In this document: positions 30,283 through 40,606 of the stretch, piece after piece
Layout: each line of letters starts with the position of its first letter
How positions within the stretch are numbered: the first letter of the stretch is position 1
NCBI GenBank assembly: GCA_964599615.1
Contig: CAZRGF010000004.1
Span: forward strand, 3,810-67,809
Length of the DNA stretch: 64,000 nt
Reading direction: 5' to 3'
Origin: Candidatus Woesearchaeota archaeon
Lineage (GTDB): Archaea > Nanobdellota > Nanobdellia > Pacearchaeales > UBA284
The notes under the pieces: generated by a model
Told to the model about the DNA's origin: nothing
Database searches by the model: none
Seen by the model: only the letters and a program-made list of their open reading frames with translations
Made by a program: the position numbers and the translations under genes

Positions 30283-30373
30283 TTTCTCTCTTTTTTAATA
30301 TAAACCTTAGCTAATCTAGTTATAAAAATGTTTTCAATTAATGAAAAATAGTCAAAAGAAAAAATTATCTTAA

Positions 30374-30877
30374 TTACCAGAATAATTCCTTGAAAAGGGA
30401 TTTTCCTATGAAAGTTAAGTCAATTTGTGATATCAATTCACTGGTTTCTACTTGTCCAAGGGTTCTTACTGGTTGAAGTTTTGCTGTTCTCCTTATTCCC
30501 GAATAAATTTTCATATAAGCATCTCTCATAATACTAGTCTCAACTTGAAAACTTTGATTGCCCATTAAAACAGGCTCTTTATTATGATTAGCAGCATCTA
30601 ACAATTCCATGAATTTGTTTCTTTCGCAAAAAAGATTATTATAAACTGCTAGAATATCAACATCACCATATCTTTTGTCTCCAGAAAGAACTGCCTGTCT
30701 TGTGACTCCACCGCCAAGATAACAAAGAATATCGCGATTTCTCAATTCTGCAACAACTGCCTGGACAGGTGCAACATCTTGAGATCTAAGCATGTGTTCA
30801 TATGCTTGAGAATTCATAGGTAATAGTAAATTCATTTCATCTGGATTATAAACAATTGGTCCATGTGCTTTTGCCAT
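30374..30877 (-). CDS. Pol-beta-superfamily nucleotidyltransferase-like protein
   Basis: YLGGG...YGDVDILAV ... QIDLTF. Confidence 0.55.
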   Translation of the reverse strand: MAKAHGPIVYNPDEMNLLLPMNSQAYEHMLRSQDVAPVQAVVAELRNRDILCYLGGGVTRQAVLSGDKRYGDVDILAVYNNLFCERNKFMELLDAANHNKEPVLMGNQSFQVETSIMRDAYMKIYSGIRRTAKLQPVRTLGQVETSELISQIDLTFIGKSLFKELFW

Positions 30878-30948
30878 AATTATCTAAGAAATTTTGGTTT
30901 ATAAATCTTTCTATTATAACTATTAAATAGTAATAACAAATTCAAGAA

Positions 30949-31644
30949 TTATTCATATAAACTAGGTTCATTTTTTGTTGGAACCCTGATTCTATTGTCA
31001 GAATATTTCCAAGCTAATCTAGGTGGTCCAACCATGGTTAATCCAGTATGAACAACTGAAAGTTCAGCTTGGGCTTCTTTTATTATTTTCTCTAAATCAA
31101 ATCTTTTTTGTTGAAGTTTTAATAAACGTACGATTTTGGATTTTTTAGGAACTTCAGTTACATTTACAGAATATCTTTTCAAATTATCGCATTTATCATT
31201 AAAACTATTCCTCTCAGCAGTTTTTTCTTTTTCATATTTCCTAATTTGTGAACTTGTAGCATAAAAATATGAGGTCACTGATTCGCCTAGTTTTGGAGGC
31301 CTATCTTCATCAGATCTAGAATAAATTTCTTTCCTAAACTCCCAAACCTTAAATTCTTCGCCCTCTTCTGTGGGATATTGTGTTAGATCAAGTTGGTTTA
31401 ATTTAATCTTTCTAACTAATGTTTTTTTAGGATGAATCATCTCTTGTTCATCAGGTGCCACACCAGGTGAATAATAGTCTCGAACCATTGCAAAAAATGC
31501 ATCTGCCTCTTTTACATTTCCCGTAACTAAAGCAAGCCTGCATCTGCAAGTAGGATAACTTTCAATAACATTTGTTGCAGAAACTTCATAAACGTCAGAT
31601 AATCTAGCCCCTTTACTTTTCATATATCTCAAGAATTTTTTCAT
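30949..31644 (-). CDS. Hypothetical protein
   Basis: 231-aa ORF. Confidence 0.6.
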   Translation of the reverse strand: MKKFLRYMKSKGARLSDVYEVSATNVIESYPTCRCRLALVTGNVKEADAFFAMVRDYYSPGVAPDEQEMIHPKKTLVRKIKLNQLDLTQYPTEEGEEFKVWEFRKEIYSRSDEDRPPKLGESVTSYFYATSSQIRKYEKEKTAERNSFNDKCDNLKRYSVNVTEVPKKSKIVRLLKLQQKRFDLEKIIKEAQAELSVVHTGLTMVGPPRLAWKYSDNRIRVPTKNEPSLYE

Positions 31645-31744
31645 TTAAATTCATTATTCTCTTTAAAAATATATTTTGTAGTATATTCTTCAATTAAATA
31701 TTTAAATCGCCCTTTCCTTATCATTTCACAAAAAGAAGGGAAAC

Positions 31745-32155
31745 ATGGATCCAAAACAAATGTCTAGTCTAAGTGGGCTTTTCTCAGAACTTAACACTAG
31801 GATAAATGATTTAGAAGAAAAACAAAACAGCATAACAGAAAGATTGACATTACTGAGCCAAACATTGTTGAATACAGCCCAAAGACTGGGCAAAGAAAGC
31901 AAGACAAATAGTGAAGAGATTGCTGCTATGAAAGATGCTTTATTAAAATTAAGAACAGGATTAAACACGATAATCGAACAATCTGCTGATTTTGTAAGAA
32001 AGCAGGAACTTCAATATTTAGATAAATACATAAAAAATTGGCAGCCAATGAAATTTGCCACAATAGAGGATGTCAAGAAAATTGTTTCAGACACTATGAA
32101 GAATAAAAAAGTTTCATCAAAAGATAAGATAATCCCTGTTGATGATAGTGAATAG
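31745..32155 (+). CDS. Coiled-coil protein typically found beside DPANN pilus ATPases
   Basis: RINDLEEK coiled coil, C-terminal KYIKNWQPMKFAT. Confidence 0.65.
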   Translation: MDPKQMSSLSGLFSELNTRINDLEEKQNSITERLTLLSQTLLNTAQRLGKESKTNSEEIAAMKDALLKLRTGLNTIIEQSADFVRKQELQYLDKYIKNWQPMKFATIEDVKKIVSDTMKNKKVSSKDKIIPVDDSE

Positions 32156-32258
32156 ACTATAAGTTAAACTAAATGCGCAAGACAACGTTGTGCCGATTCA
32201 TTGGCAGTCTTGTAAGATTGAGATTAAATTTACACCCACAGATAGAACAAATCAAAAA

Positions 32259-33167
32259 ATGCATCACCGACAAATTCCGACTAATATCGTTATTGATATG
32301 GACAAGAAAGGTTTCTTAGACGTAGACATTCTGCGTTATTTAAAAGAAAGGGGTTATACCCCTGTTGAAATAAGCGATGCATTTAATCAGGCAAAAATTA
32401 AATTAGAGATGTCAAAAAGAACAATGGAAAGAGATGAACTTTTGGGTATGGATTCTGCAGATTTCTCCAAGGAGACAAAGCCCCCAAGAGAATTAGCAGA
32501 TTCTCAAGAGGAAGCACCATTCAATTTTAGACAAACTCAAATATTGAATACTTTTCAAAATCAATTAGCAAGATATCTCGAGTCTCAGCTGAAATTAATG
32601 GATAAAAAAATAAAAATACAAGAAGATCACCTTCAAGAAATCCAGAATATTCTTTCTGAAAAGATAAATGCTCAATCTTCTGCAATAAAGTCGATGAATG
32701 CAGAAGTCCATGCACTTGGTCAATCATTCTCAAAGATTTTGGAGCCCTTAGCGCATAATGTCAAGGTAGTCTCGGGAATGCTTGATCTTAAAGAAGAAAA
32801 AAAGTCTTCTGAAAAAATTGAGAAAGAGATTAAAAAAGAAGAAAAAGAAATCAGCGAACTTGAGAAAGAAGAGGGGATTGTAGCAAAAAACGTGATTAAA
32901 AGACAGCCAGGTTATCTTTATTTTGTGGACAAAGAGGGCAATGTCAAGAAATCTAAAATGTCCCATGGCGGAAAAAGAAAATCAAAAAAAATCATTAAGA
33001 CAGTAACAGTTACTGAAACAAAGCCAACACTGGTGGAGAAACCAAAAAAATCCAAAAAAAACAAAGAAAAAACTGAAAAATCTGAGATAATCAAGACAAC
33101 TGTCACAAAGACAGAAGTCAAAGAATCAAAAAAGAAAAAAGAACCTTCTTTAGATGATGTTTTCTAA
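32259..33167 (+). CDS. Coiled-coil protein with C-terminal Cc1-like basic domain
   Basis: LKERGYTPVEISDAFNQAK helical N-terminus; KRQPGYLYFVDKEGNV..SKMSHGG. Confidence 0.65.
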   Translation: MHHRQIPTNIVIDMDKKGFLDVDILRYLKERGYTPVEISDAFNQAKIKLEMSKRTMERDELLGMDSADFSKETKPPRELADSQEEAPFNFRQTQILNTFQNQLARYLESQLKLMDKKIKIQEDHLQEIQNILSEKINAQSSAIKSMNAEVHALGQSFSKILEPLAHNVKVVSGMLDLKEEKKSSEKIEKEIKKEEKEISELEKEEGIVAKNVIKRQPGYLYFVDKEGNVKKSKMSHGGKRKSKKIIKTVTVTETKPTLVEKPKKSKKNKEKTEKSEIIKTTVTKTEVKESKKKKEPSLDDVF

Positions 33168-33226
33168 TGTAACTAGAAAGTAATAAAAATAGAAAGATTT
33201 ATAAATCTAAAAAGAATTCTATTTTT

Positions 33227-33706
33227 AGGTCATTACCAAAAATTTTAGGGATTGCTTCATTAGCAGCAATTCTTGCTACAGGATGTTCAACTACGCAAGT
33301 TAAAACAGAGTCTTCTCCAATTTTACATGAAAAAGGCAAAGTTTTAGAATTAGTTTACACTCCTCCACAACATGGAGAAGGTTCAACTTCTAGTGTGGGG
33401 ATGACTACAAGCGGAAACATGACCTTCAGTTCTGGGGATGTTGAAGTAAATATAGAACCAGTTTATGCAGCTGTTTTTGAATGTGAACATAAAGTAAAAT
33501 TTATCACACAAGGACCAGACTCAGCCCACCAAGCATTATACAACAAACTTCATGAAGGTGATAGTGTTAACATAGAATATACTGAAATCTGGAGATATAC
33601 TCTTAAAGACATAGACGGGGATAAGAAAAAAGAAGTTATTCTAAGAGAACTTATGAAATATGATTTTTTAGATGCAAATGCATTTTATTCACCTTCTAAA
33701 AACTAA
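33227..33706 (+). CDS. Probable lipoprotein lacking a canonical start codon
   Basis: Frame open upstream of 33395 giving SLPKILGIASLAAILATG|C; AGG at expected start. Confidence 0.55.
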   Translation, partial: RSLPKILGIASLAAILATGCSTTQVKTESSPILHEKGKVLELVYTPPQHGEGSTSSVGMTTSGNMTFSSGDVEVNIEPVYAAVFECEHKVKFITQGPDSAHQALYNKLHEGDSVNIEYTEIWRYTLKDIDGDKKKEVILRELMKYDFLDANAFYSPSKN

Positions 33707-34038
33707 GCAAATCTTCCTAAAATTATTAATGAGATAAGTGCTAAGCTTATTCCAACTATCTCATAAACATTCAAACTTTCTTTAAAATAAAAAACTCCAA
33801 CTATCACCAAGAAAATTACAGTGGATACAGCATAAAAAACTCCAAGTGTTGCAAGCTTGATGTCTTTCATTACATAAAACCAGCCAAAAGCAGTTAATCC
33901 ATAAATTAAAAAGCCAATAACAAACCATTTGATCTCCATGAATTTTATTCCTTGGCCAGAAAGTTTAATAAAAAAATCCCCAATAACCCCCACAAGACTT
34001 AGAAAGACTGCAATGATTATCGGAACAAATTTATTCAT
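33703..34038 (-). CDS. SMR/EamA-type small transporter
   Basis: 4 TM helices, GDFFIK, FKESLN..IVGI. Confidence 0.8.
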   Translation of the reverse strand: MNKFVPIIIAVFLSLVGVIGDFFIKLSGQGIKFMEIKWFVIGFLIYGLTAFGWFYVMKDIKLATLGVFYAVSTVIFLVIVGVFYFKESLNVYEIVGISLALISLIILGRFA

Positions 34039-34092
34039 AAATAGAAAATTCTTACTGGTTTATAAAACTTTTAATTTTATGCTAGAAAATGA

Positions 34093-34560
34093 TTATTTTT
34101 TTCTTGGGAATATGCTTCCTGCATGAAAACCATGCGCAAAATCTCCATACCCTATTCCTAGATTAAAAGCCCAAGGGTCAACATTCAAACAATCTTTATC
34201 ATTCAGTTTTATTCTTAGATACTGATGGGGGATAATATGCCATGTGTTAGAAGGCATTAACTCAATATCAGAATCTTGAAAAAGCTTGCTTTTAACAAGC
34301 ATAACCCGAAGTAAATAATTCATCTGCGTACAATAAATAAATCCTTTAATACCCCAAAGAGAATTCAAATCAGTTTTATATAAATCAAATAATTTTGTAA
34401 TAAAATGCACTCTATCTGTTTTATATTTACTTGTTAAATAATCAAAAGATTTTTTGATAAACTCTTTTTTATTACTCGTTTTAAATTCTCTAATCTTTTT
34501 TTCTAAGTTTTTTGGTATCTTATTAGGAATAGCCTCTTTTTTATACAAGTTGGGAATCAT
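34093..34560 (-). CDS. Transglutaminase-like (Cys-His-Asp) protein
   Basis: YCTQMN, HQYL, VDPW. Confidence 0.6.
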   Translation of the reverse strand: MIPNLYKKEAIPNKIPKNLEKKIREFKTSNKKEFIKKSFDYLTSKYKTDRVHFITKLFDLYKTDLNSLWGIKGFIYCTQMNYLLRVMLVKSKLFQDSDIELMPSNTWHIIPHQYLRIKLNDKDCLNVDPWAFNLGIGYGDFAHGFHAGSIFPRKK

Positions 34561-34637
34561 AAATACAATCAGAAAATAGGTCTAATAAATATTTCTATTA
34601 ATTAAGAATTAATCATTTTTTTACAAAAAGATATTTT

Positions 34638-35105
34638 TTAATGTGATATGCCCAAGAGTATGTCTTGCAGTTCTTTTCTTGTTTTTTGGGACATGTTTTC
34701 TTCTATTTTGTCAAAACTTTCACAAAATGTTCTTGTTGTTGCAGAAGATAAAGGTTTTACACCATTACGTTTTGAAACATTACATACTATATAACCTTCT
34801 GAATATTTTGCGCAAAAGTCTGCTCCATGCCAGACCCACCAATCTAAATTGCTGCGTATATTTGGGTCTCCAGTCATATAATGATAAGTATCTTCTTGTT
34901 TTCCTTCTTCTCCAGCAAGATATTTTAAAGAGAGAACAATCAAAGCCTCTCGAAGATTTGGCATTAAACTGTCATATTCTTTTTTTTCTTCCCCACCTTT
35001 AGTAAGATAAGCTCCCCTACAACCGCCACCAGAAGAATCTGTCTTCAAAGTATAGCCATCTTTCAATGCTTTTGTTATACCATAAAATTTTTCTGCCATT
35101 TTCAA
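34638..35105 (-). CDS. Hypothetical protein
   Basis: ORF directly downstream of radA. Confidence 0.6.
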   Translation of the reverse strand: MKMAEKFYGITKALKDGYTLKTDSSGGGCRGAYLTKGGEEKKEYDSLMPNLREALIVLSLKYLAGEEGKQEDTYHYMTGDPNIRSNLDWWVWHGADFCAKYSEGYIVCNVSKRNGVKPLSSATTRTFCESFDKIEENMSQKTRKELQDILLGISH

Positions 35106-35112
35106 TTTTTAA

Positions 35113-36120
35113 TCAGGGTTCCTCGTCATTAATCCCAGATTCATGAATAAAGAAGACGCATTCGTTTTCAGGCAAGTTCGGGGAGTCAATCATCTTTGCT
35201 ACTCGTGCACTTTTCTTTCCCTTTCTTAGATAAATTCGGTATGTGCTTGCATGAGCAAGAATATGGCCCCCAATTGCTTTAGTCGGATCACCGAACATCA
35301 TTGCAGGGTCTGCCATGACTTGATTGGTGATATAAACTGCTAGATTTTGTGCTTCAGCTATCCTCATCAAGTTATGAAGATGTTTGTTGAGTTTTTGTTG
35401 TCTGTCTGCTAGCATCCCCCTTCCTGAAAATTCTGCCCTAAAATGTGCTGTAATCGAATCAATAATCACAAGTTTTATTGGTTCACCTTTTCTCACTAGA
35501 TCAATAACTTTGTCTATAAGCAAAATCTGATGATCTGAATTAAATACTCTTGCAACAAAAATATTTTTCAATGTCTTTGTGAAATCTAATCCTTGAGCTT
35601 CACACATCTGTTTGATTCTCTCTGGTCTGAATGTGCTTTCAGTATCAAGCCAGACAGCTTTTCCATTTGCACCACCTTTTTCAATAGGCAATTGAACGTT
35701 CACAGCTAACTGATGAGCTAGCTGTGACTTTCCTGAACCAAAAGCACCATATGCTTCTGTAATTGCCCGAGTTTCAACTCCTCCCCCAAGTAACGCGTTT
35801 AAATTATTTGAACCTGTACTGATTTTTACAACAGTCTGTCTTCTTTTTAAAAATTCAGTTGCATCTTCAAACTCAAGATGCAGCATTTTTCTTGCAGCTG
35901 AAATAGCTTTTCTAGCAGTAGCTTCTGTCATGTCAGCTACAGTAGATAAATCAGCAGGAGTCATGACTGCAAGAGACATTAAATCCCCATAACCTGATTC
36001 TTCAAGTTTGGCAGCTGTTGTAGCTCCAATTCCCGGCAAATCAGTTAACTTAAGTTCACTAGTATCTTTTTTCTCTTCCACTTCTAATTCTTCTTCTTTT
36101 TCAACTTTTTCCTTAGCCAT
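35113..36120 (-). CDS. radA: DNA repair/recombination protein RadA
   Basis: LPGIG HhH, GAFGSGKSQ, DTESTFRPER, IDS, TNQV, GGHILAHAST. Confidence 0.97.
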   Translation of the reverse strand: MAKEKVEKEEELEVEEKKDTSELKLTDLPGIGATTAAKLEESGYGDLMSLAVMTPADLSTVADMTEATARKAISAARKMLHLEFEDATEFLKRRQTVVKISTGSNNLNALLGGGVETRAITEAYGAFGSGKSQLAHQLAVNVQLPIEKGGANGKAVWLDTESTFRPERIKQMCEAQGLDFTKTLKNIFVARVFNSDHQILLIDKVIDLVRKGEPIKLVIIDSITAHFRAEFSGRGMLADRQQKLNKHLHNLMRIAEAQNLAVYITNQVMADPAMMFGDPTKAIGGHILAHASTYRIYLRKGKKSARVAKMIDSPNLPENECVFFIHESGINDEEP

Positions 36121-36381
36121 GTTTGAGATAATATCCAGAGTTTATAAGCATTATCTCAATTCAGAATATATTTTAAAGTCTATCATGTTAAGTGTATTGA
36201 ATGAGTTTGTCCCTAAAAAGTTTTGAAGACTGCCTAAGAATTAATAAAAATCAACAACTTACAGCCATATCTCTTGTAATACTTAAAGATTAGTAATCTA
36301 TCCCCAAGCGTATAATTAAATTTCATGAACAATTATTTTTAGAGAACAAACCGCTTACTTAACCCTTAAAAATGTAAATAG

Positions 36382-36852
36382 CTAAATCATAATCAAAATC
36401 AAGAAAATACAGGCTAAAGAAAAAATCAAGAAGATTATTGCTTCAGAAAGACTATGGGTCTTGATTTTCCCTTTGATTACAAAGTCCAAAGGCCAGAACC
36501 ATTTTATTCCTGCCTTTGTCAGAGAATCTAAAAATAGATGCAAGAAATAAAACAAGAAGAAAATTCCTGCGAATACTATACTTTTTGAGAATAAAAAAAC
36601 AAGAAGAGAAAAAATCAATGCAAATAACAAACTATGGAATTCTTCCCTATGGACTGTGAAAGCATGTATAAAATTACTTACAGGTTTTGTTTTATTGCTT
36701 ATGAAACTTCCTGCAATATCGATATCAGGTAAACAAGTCGCTAAAAAGAACAACAATAAGAACCACCAATTAAATGAAAAGCCAAAAGATTTTAGATTTA
36801 TCAATAATAAAAATGCAAACAAGTTGAAAACAAAGTGAGTTCTTAGGAGCAT
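36382..36852 (-). CDS. Metal-dependent membrane hydrolase (YdjM-like)
   Basis: RTH, LPDID, HREEFHS, HLFLDSLT..G...FWP. Confidence 0.85.
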   Translation of the reverse strand: MLLRTHFVFNLFAFLLLINLKSFGFSFNWWFLLLFFLATCLPDIDIAGSFISNKTKPVSNFIHAFTVHREEFHSLLFALIFSLLVFLFSKSIVFAGIFFLFYFLHLFLDSLTKAGIKWFWPLDFVIKGKIKTHSLSEAIIFLIFSLACIFLILIMI

Positions 36853-36903
36853 TTTAAACTATGTATAATTCTTCATCTCTTTAGTTAATAAATATGTACT
36901 CCC

Positions 36904-36976
36904 GAAAAGCAAAGCGTAGTGATAAAATGTAATTAAAAAGATTTGGTCGTGGTTACTATGGTGTATAAGTTTTATC
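36904..36976 (+). repeat. Family-2 repeat (degenerate)
   Basis: GAAAAGCAAAGCGTAGT...AAAAGATTTGG...TATAAGT. Confidence 0.6.
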
Positions 36977-37018
36977 ACAAAATGGCATATGCCCGCCAAT
37001 TAGCAAACTCAGCTTAGT

Positions 37019-37990
37019 TCAAGCCTTAGAATATAGCTTGATAACATCATCTACAGAAATTTTTTCAACATCATTTATGATGAACTCATCTCTGTTGAAA
37101 AGTACATTTTTTCTTGTTCTTCCTAAGAACAAGAATTCTTCTCCTAGAAGTTCTTCTCTCTTCTCAAGGATGATGTTGGGGTCATCTAGCTGTGATTCAT
37201 TCTCCAAATTGAATATCTTCAGGATAAGTTCATTAAAAGCAGTTGCCCTTATATTCTCCGAGCCATCATCTAAAGTGACATTCAATATAGCTCTTTTTCT
37301 CGGCATAACTGCCCCATGTTTGGGACAAACCGCTTTGTCCCCTTCAAAAGTAGCTTTCATATTGCATTCAGGGCATACATAGAAAAAAGAAATATTGAAC
37401 ATCTGCAAGATATTCGCTCTTACATTGACTTGCTCATTTGTTTTAACATCCTTGATTTTTTTTACAATGGGACTCTCTTTTTTTGTGACAACTACCTGCA
37501 TTTCAATCTGGCTTGGAATCAGTTCAGAAAAAGAATTTAGATGAATCTCTTTGTTTGCTGTTCCCCTTATGTCTGCATTTTTTATCTCAATAACCGAACC
37601 TACCTTGATTGTCCCATTTTTTACTAAAGATATATGATTAGTGTCCCACAAGACAACTCGTACATTCGAAGTTTCGTCAGCTATTGCGAAAGAGACCACT
37701 TCAGCATCCTGTTGCTGTCTTTTGAACTGCCGGACCATGGGCTCTTCAATGACCTTGCCAATAACAGAGATTTTTTTCATTCCAATCATCAAATCCAGGA
37801 TTTTTAATGTTTGTTTTTCAAATGTAACACCAAGTTCAGCAGCTACTATCTGCGCTGCCCCCTCATCACTGATTAAATCAGAGAATTTAGCTTTTTTAGC
37901 GCCAATTCTTCTCACTACCTCTTCTTTATCCAGTCCAGATGATTTTGAAATCCGATCAACTAGCTGTTCATATGAAGCTTTAATCATCAA
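37019..37990 (-). CDS. Replication protein A / OB-fold ssDNA-binding protein
   Basis: LISDEGAAQIVAAELG, ADETSNVRVVLW, CPEC..CPKH zinc finger, LDDGSENIR. Confidence 0.85.
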   Translation of the reverse strand: MMIKASYEQLVDRISKSSGLDKEEVVRRIGAKKAKFSDLISDEGAAQIVAAELGVTFEKQTLKILDLMIGMKKISVIGKVIEEPMVRQFKRQQQDAEVVSFAIADETSNVRVVLWDTNHISLVKNGTIKVGSVIEIKNADIRGTANKEIHLNSFSELIPSQIEMQVVVTKKESPIVKKIKDVKTNEQVNVRANILQMFNISFFYVCPECNMKATFEGDKAVCPKHGAVMPRKRAILNVTLDDGSENIRATAFNELILKIFNLENESQLDDPNIILEKREELLGEEFLFLGRTRKNVLFNRDEFIINDVEKISVDDVIKLYSKA

Positions 37991-38121
37991 CTAAAAATCC
38001 TAACCTGATTTTTAAACTTTATTGCTCTATAAAACATATAATCTATATTGAAAAAATCTTGCTGTCACAGTAGAATAGGGCTATAATCCTTGTTAAATTT
38101 GATACGTCTGTATGTGCAATA

Positions 38122-38272
38122 AACTTGACTTTGCCAGAGATAAGTTTAATAACATGATCCTGATTTTTAGTTGGATTTTCTTTGGGTTTTTGAAATCCTA
38201 AAAAGATTTCTTATAAAAACAATTGCTACTAGTCATTATACATACATATATAAGAATTTGGCGAAGTCAGGT
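38122..38272 (+). repeat. Family-1 TIR-bounded repeat
   Basis: AACTTGACTTTGCCAGAGATAAGT ... TTTGGCGAAGTCAGGT. Confidence 0.75.
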
Positions 38273-38353
38273 GCATGGACTTTCTAAAAAATATTTTGTT
38301 AATTTAAACAATTGCTTTAAAGAAGATAAGGAATACAACCCGATAGATTATAA

Positions 38354-39115
38354 TCATCTTTTTTCAATTGCAAATATCCATCTTATTGGTTCAACACCTG
38401 CTGGAACTAAAACTTTTCTATTGGTCAAAGAATAGACCAGATAATTGCTTTTTTCTTCAGTTTTGTCTAAATTCCAGAATTCGCTCGTTAATTTACAATT
38501 ATTCTTGCATACACCAAATTTCTCAAAGATTTCATTGATTTCGGTGATTCTGGTTTTTTCATCCACCTGGATTGAATCCTTTAACTTAAATTTGTAATTT
38601 ATAGAATAACTAAAAAACTTGTTTTTTCTAGATGAATTCAAATTAATCTCGCTGGTTTGGCATTTTAAAACATCTAAATTATTTTCTTTCTCAATATTGC
38701 AGGAAACTTCTATTTTCTGACCATTCAAAGGATAATCCCTTAGATAGTCCTTGATATAATCCGCGGTTCTGTCTTCAAGAATTATCTTAATAAAATCGGG
38801 GTTAGGCTTGCAGTTATTATCTAAAATGAATATGTCTTCAGAAGTCAATCTACAATCAATGACATTCTTGTCAATAAAACTATAACCAGCGATTTCCTTC
38901 AAAGCGCTATCAAAACCCAAACTCATTGAATCTGAAAAGTAAGACTCGAGATTTTTGGAATCAATATCTTGAAGTTCTTCAGCCCCAATACTTGCTTCAA
39001 TTCTTTGGTTAGCAATCGTAAAAAACCAGACCATCAGCCCGAATAGAAGAAAAGTCATCAAAGCTAACATCCTCCCAAAACCTATTCCATGTTTATCTGA
39101 CTTATATCTTATCAT
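38354..39115 (-). CDS. Pilin-like secreted protein (probable class III signal)
   Basis: SDKHG|IG + hydrophobic helix; end of pilin array. Confidence 0.65.
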   Translation of the reverse strand: MIRYKSDKHGIGFGRMLALMTFLLFGLMVWFFTIANQRIEASIGAEELQDIDSKNLESYFSDSMSLGFDSALKEIAGYSFIDKNVIDCRLTSEDIFILDNNCKPNPDFIKIILEDRTADYIKDYLRDYPLNGQKIEVSCNIEKENNLDVLKCQTSEINLNSSRKNKFFSYSINYKFKLKDSIQVDEKTRITEINEIFEKFGVCKNNCKLTSEFWNLDKTEEKSNYLVYSLTNRKVLVPAGVEPIRWIFAIEKR

Positions 39116-39543
39116 TTTGAATACCTTATTTTAATTGCAATTAATCCATCAGCTGGAACAAAAAAACAAAATTCTTCTGGATTATTTTCAATTGGGCAAT
39201 TCCCCCTAGAATTTTCGTAAAAAATTTCCGAACCACATTTTTTATTCTCTTCAGAACAGATTACATCGATTTCTTGTTCTATCCTCTCTTCTGTCCCCTG
39301 AATCCGGGATCTTAATCTATCACTGAAACTAATCCCATTTTCTTTTTCTTGCATCAATGAAGATAGCATGAAATTTATCTTATCATGAATAACCAGGGAA
39401 TCGATTTTTTCTGCCCTTACTTTGTCTACACTTTTGTATAGCACTACTGAGAATAAGATAAGCAGGAACAATATGAAGATGATAACGATGAATGAAGGAA
39501 AATCTTCTATTACCTCACCAACTTGTGCCTTTTTACTTGACAT
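39112..39543 (-). CDS. Class III signal-peptide (type IV pilin-like) protein
   Basis: MSSKKAQ|VGE + hydrophobic helix. Confidence 0.8.
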   Translation of the reverse strand: MSSKKAQVGEVIEDFPSFIVIIFILFLLILFSVVLYKSVDKVRAEKIDSLVIHDKINFMLSSLMQEKENGISFSDRLRSRIQGTEERIEQEIDVICSEENKKCGSEIFYENSRGNCPIENNPEEFCFFVPADGLIAIKIRYSK

Positions 39544-40000
39544 TTTTATCATTTTTATCAATAGCGATGAAAACATTTATTCTTTCTAGCTTGTTATTAT
39601 AAAAAACACTGTAACTTTTGGAAAAACAAGAAGGTAAATAAGTCCCTTGAACATTGCCTTCTTTTGCTTTGCAATATGTCCATAACTCGGTTTTTCCGAT
39701 TGTGAAGTTCTTCTCTTCACTAGGAAGTTGGAGTTTCATCAGCAAGAAAATATTTTTTTCATCAATGTAAAGACAGTTTTTTATTGTTTCTTGGTTAAAA
39801 TCATTTAGTTCCAAGATACCATTCCCAGTTAAACAGTCAACTGATTTTTCTGCAAGAGTTGCTGCTTCAATCTGCCTTATGTCATATGGTGTTGAGAACC
39901 TGAACCATACCACCCCAACAAAGACCCCGATAATCAATATTATCATTATAAACCTGTATACAAAAATCACCGAATATTCTGTTTGTGCTCTTTTGTTCAT
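39533..40000 (-). CDS. Class III signal-peptide (type IV pilin-like) protein
   Basis: MNKRAQ|TEY + hydrophobic helix; Cys pairs. Confidence 0.8.
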   Translation of the reverse strand: MNKRAQTEYSVIFVYRFIMIILIIGVFVGVVWFRFSTPYDIRQIEAATLAEKSVDCLTGNGILELNDFNQETIKNCLYIDEKNIFLLMKLQLPSEEKNFTIGKTELWTYCKAKEGNVQGTYLPSCFSKSYSVFYNNKLERINVFIAIDKNDKNVK

Positions 40001-40001
40001 T

Positions 40002-40126
40002 TAATAAATGGGGCTTTCCATCCTCCAACTTTAAGTGTTTGGTATAAGCATAACTCTAATAAACATATAGCAACTGCGCTGACGCTTTTCATTAATGTGT
40101 TTTTCATGATATAGACGTTTTGAGTT
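40002..40126 (-). repeat. Family-2 long element ('empty' homolog of 3109-3350)
   Basis: CCATCCTCCAACTTTAAGT...TAGCAACTGCGCTGACGCTTTTCATT. Confidence 0.75.
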
Positions 40127-40474
40127 TTATTTTTCTTTTATTTCTATTAAGGTGTTTTTGCCTTCTTTTTGGATTTCCAGAGTTGCGTTATAACAAGGAT
40201 AGTAATAACCGATATCAATAGAATCTTTCTTAATTAAGAAACCAATATCTTTTTTCTCGATTATTCCAGGGTAGGTAACATTGATTACAGTTCCTGGCTC
40301 TGCCCCTAAACTGACTAAACAGAGTTGTTTTGCAAGAATTTGTTTTTTTGCCAAATCACCAGTAGCATTATTAGCTGAAAAGAAAAGCAGAACAGCAAAC
40401 AACATCCCTACAAATATTAGGGTTACTATTGTCTGAAGAGCTAGACTTTCTCCTCCTTTTTTTGATTTACTCAT
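40127..40474 (-). CDS. Class III signal-peptide (type IV pilin-like) protein
   Basis: MSKSKKGG|ES + hydrophobic helix. Confidence 0.8.
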   Translation of the reverse strand: MSKSKKGGESLALQTIVTLIFVGMLFAVLLFFSANNATGDLAKKQILAKQLCLVSLGAEPGTVINVTYPGIIEKKDIGFLIKKDSIDIGYYYPCYNATLEIQKEGKNTLIEIKEK

Positions 40475-40606
40475 TTCTTATACCTCTTTCAGATTTAACA
40501 GATAATATGACTTAATAAATTTTATTAGAAAACATTGATTATTACATCAGTATGTGTAAGGCATTATTTCTTAATTTTTCAGAAAAGCAGAGTGCAGTTA
40601 TTAGGT

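Noticed and set aside
38223..38435. 70-aa plus-strand ORF
   Set aside because: Overlaps a repeat end and the antisense of a pilin-like gene
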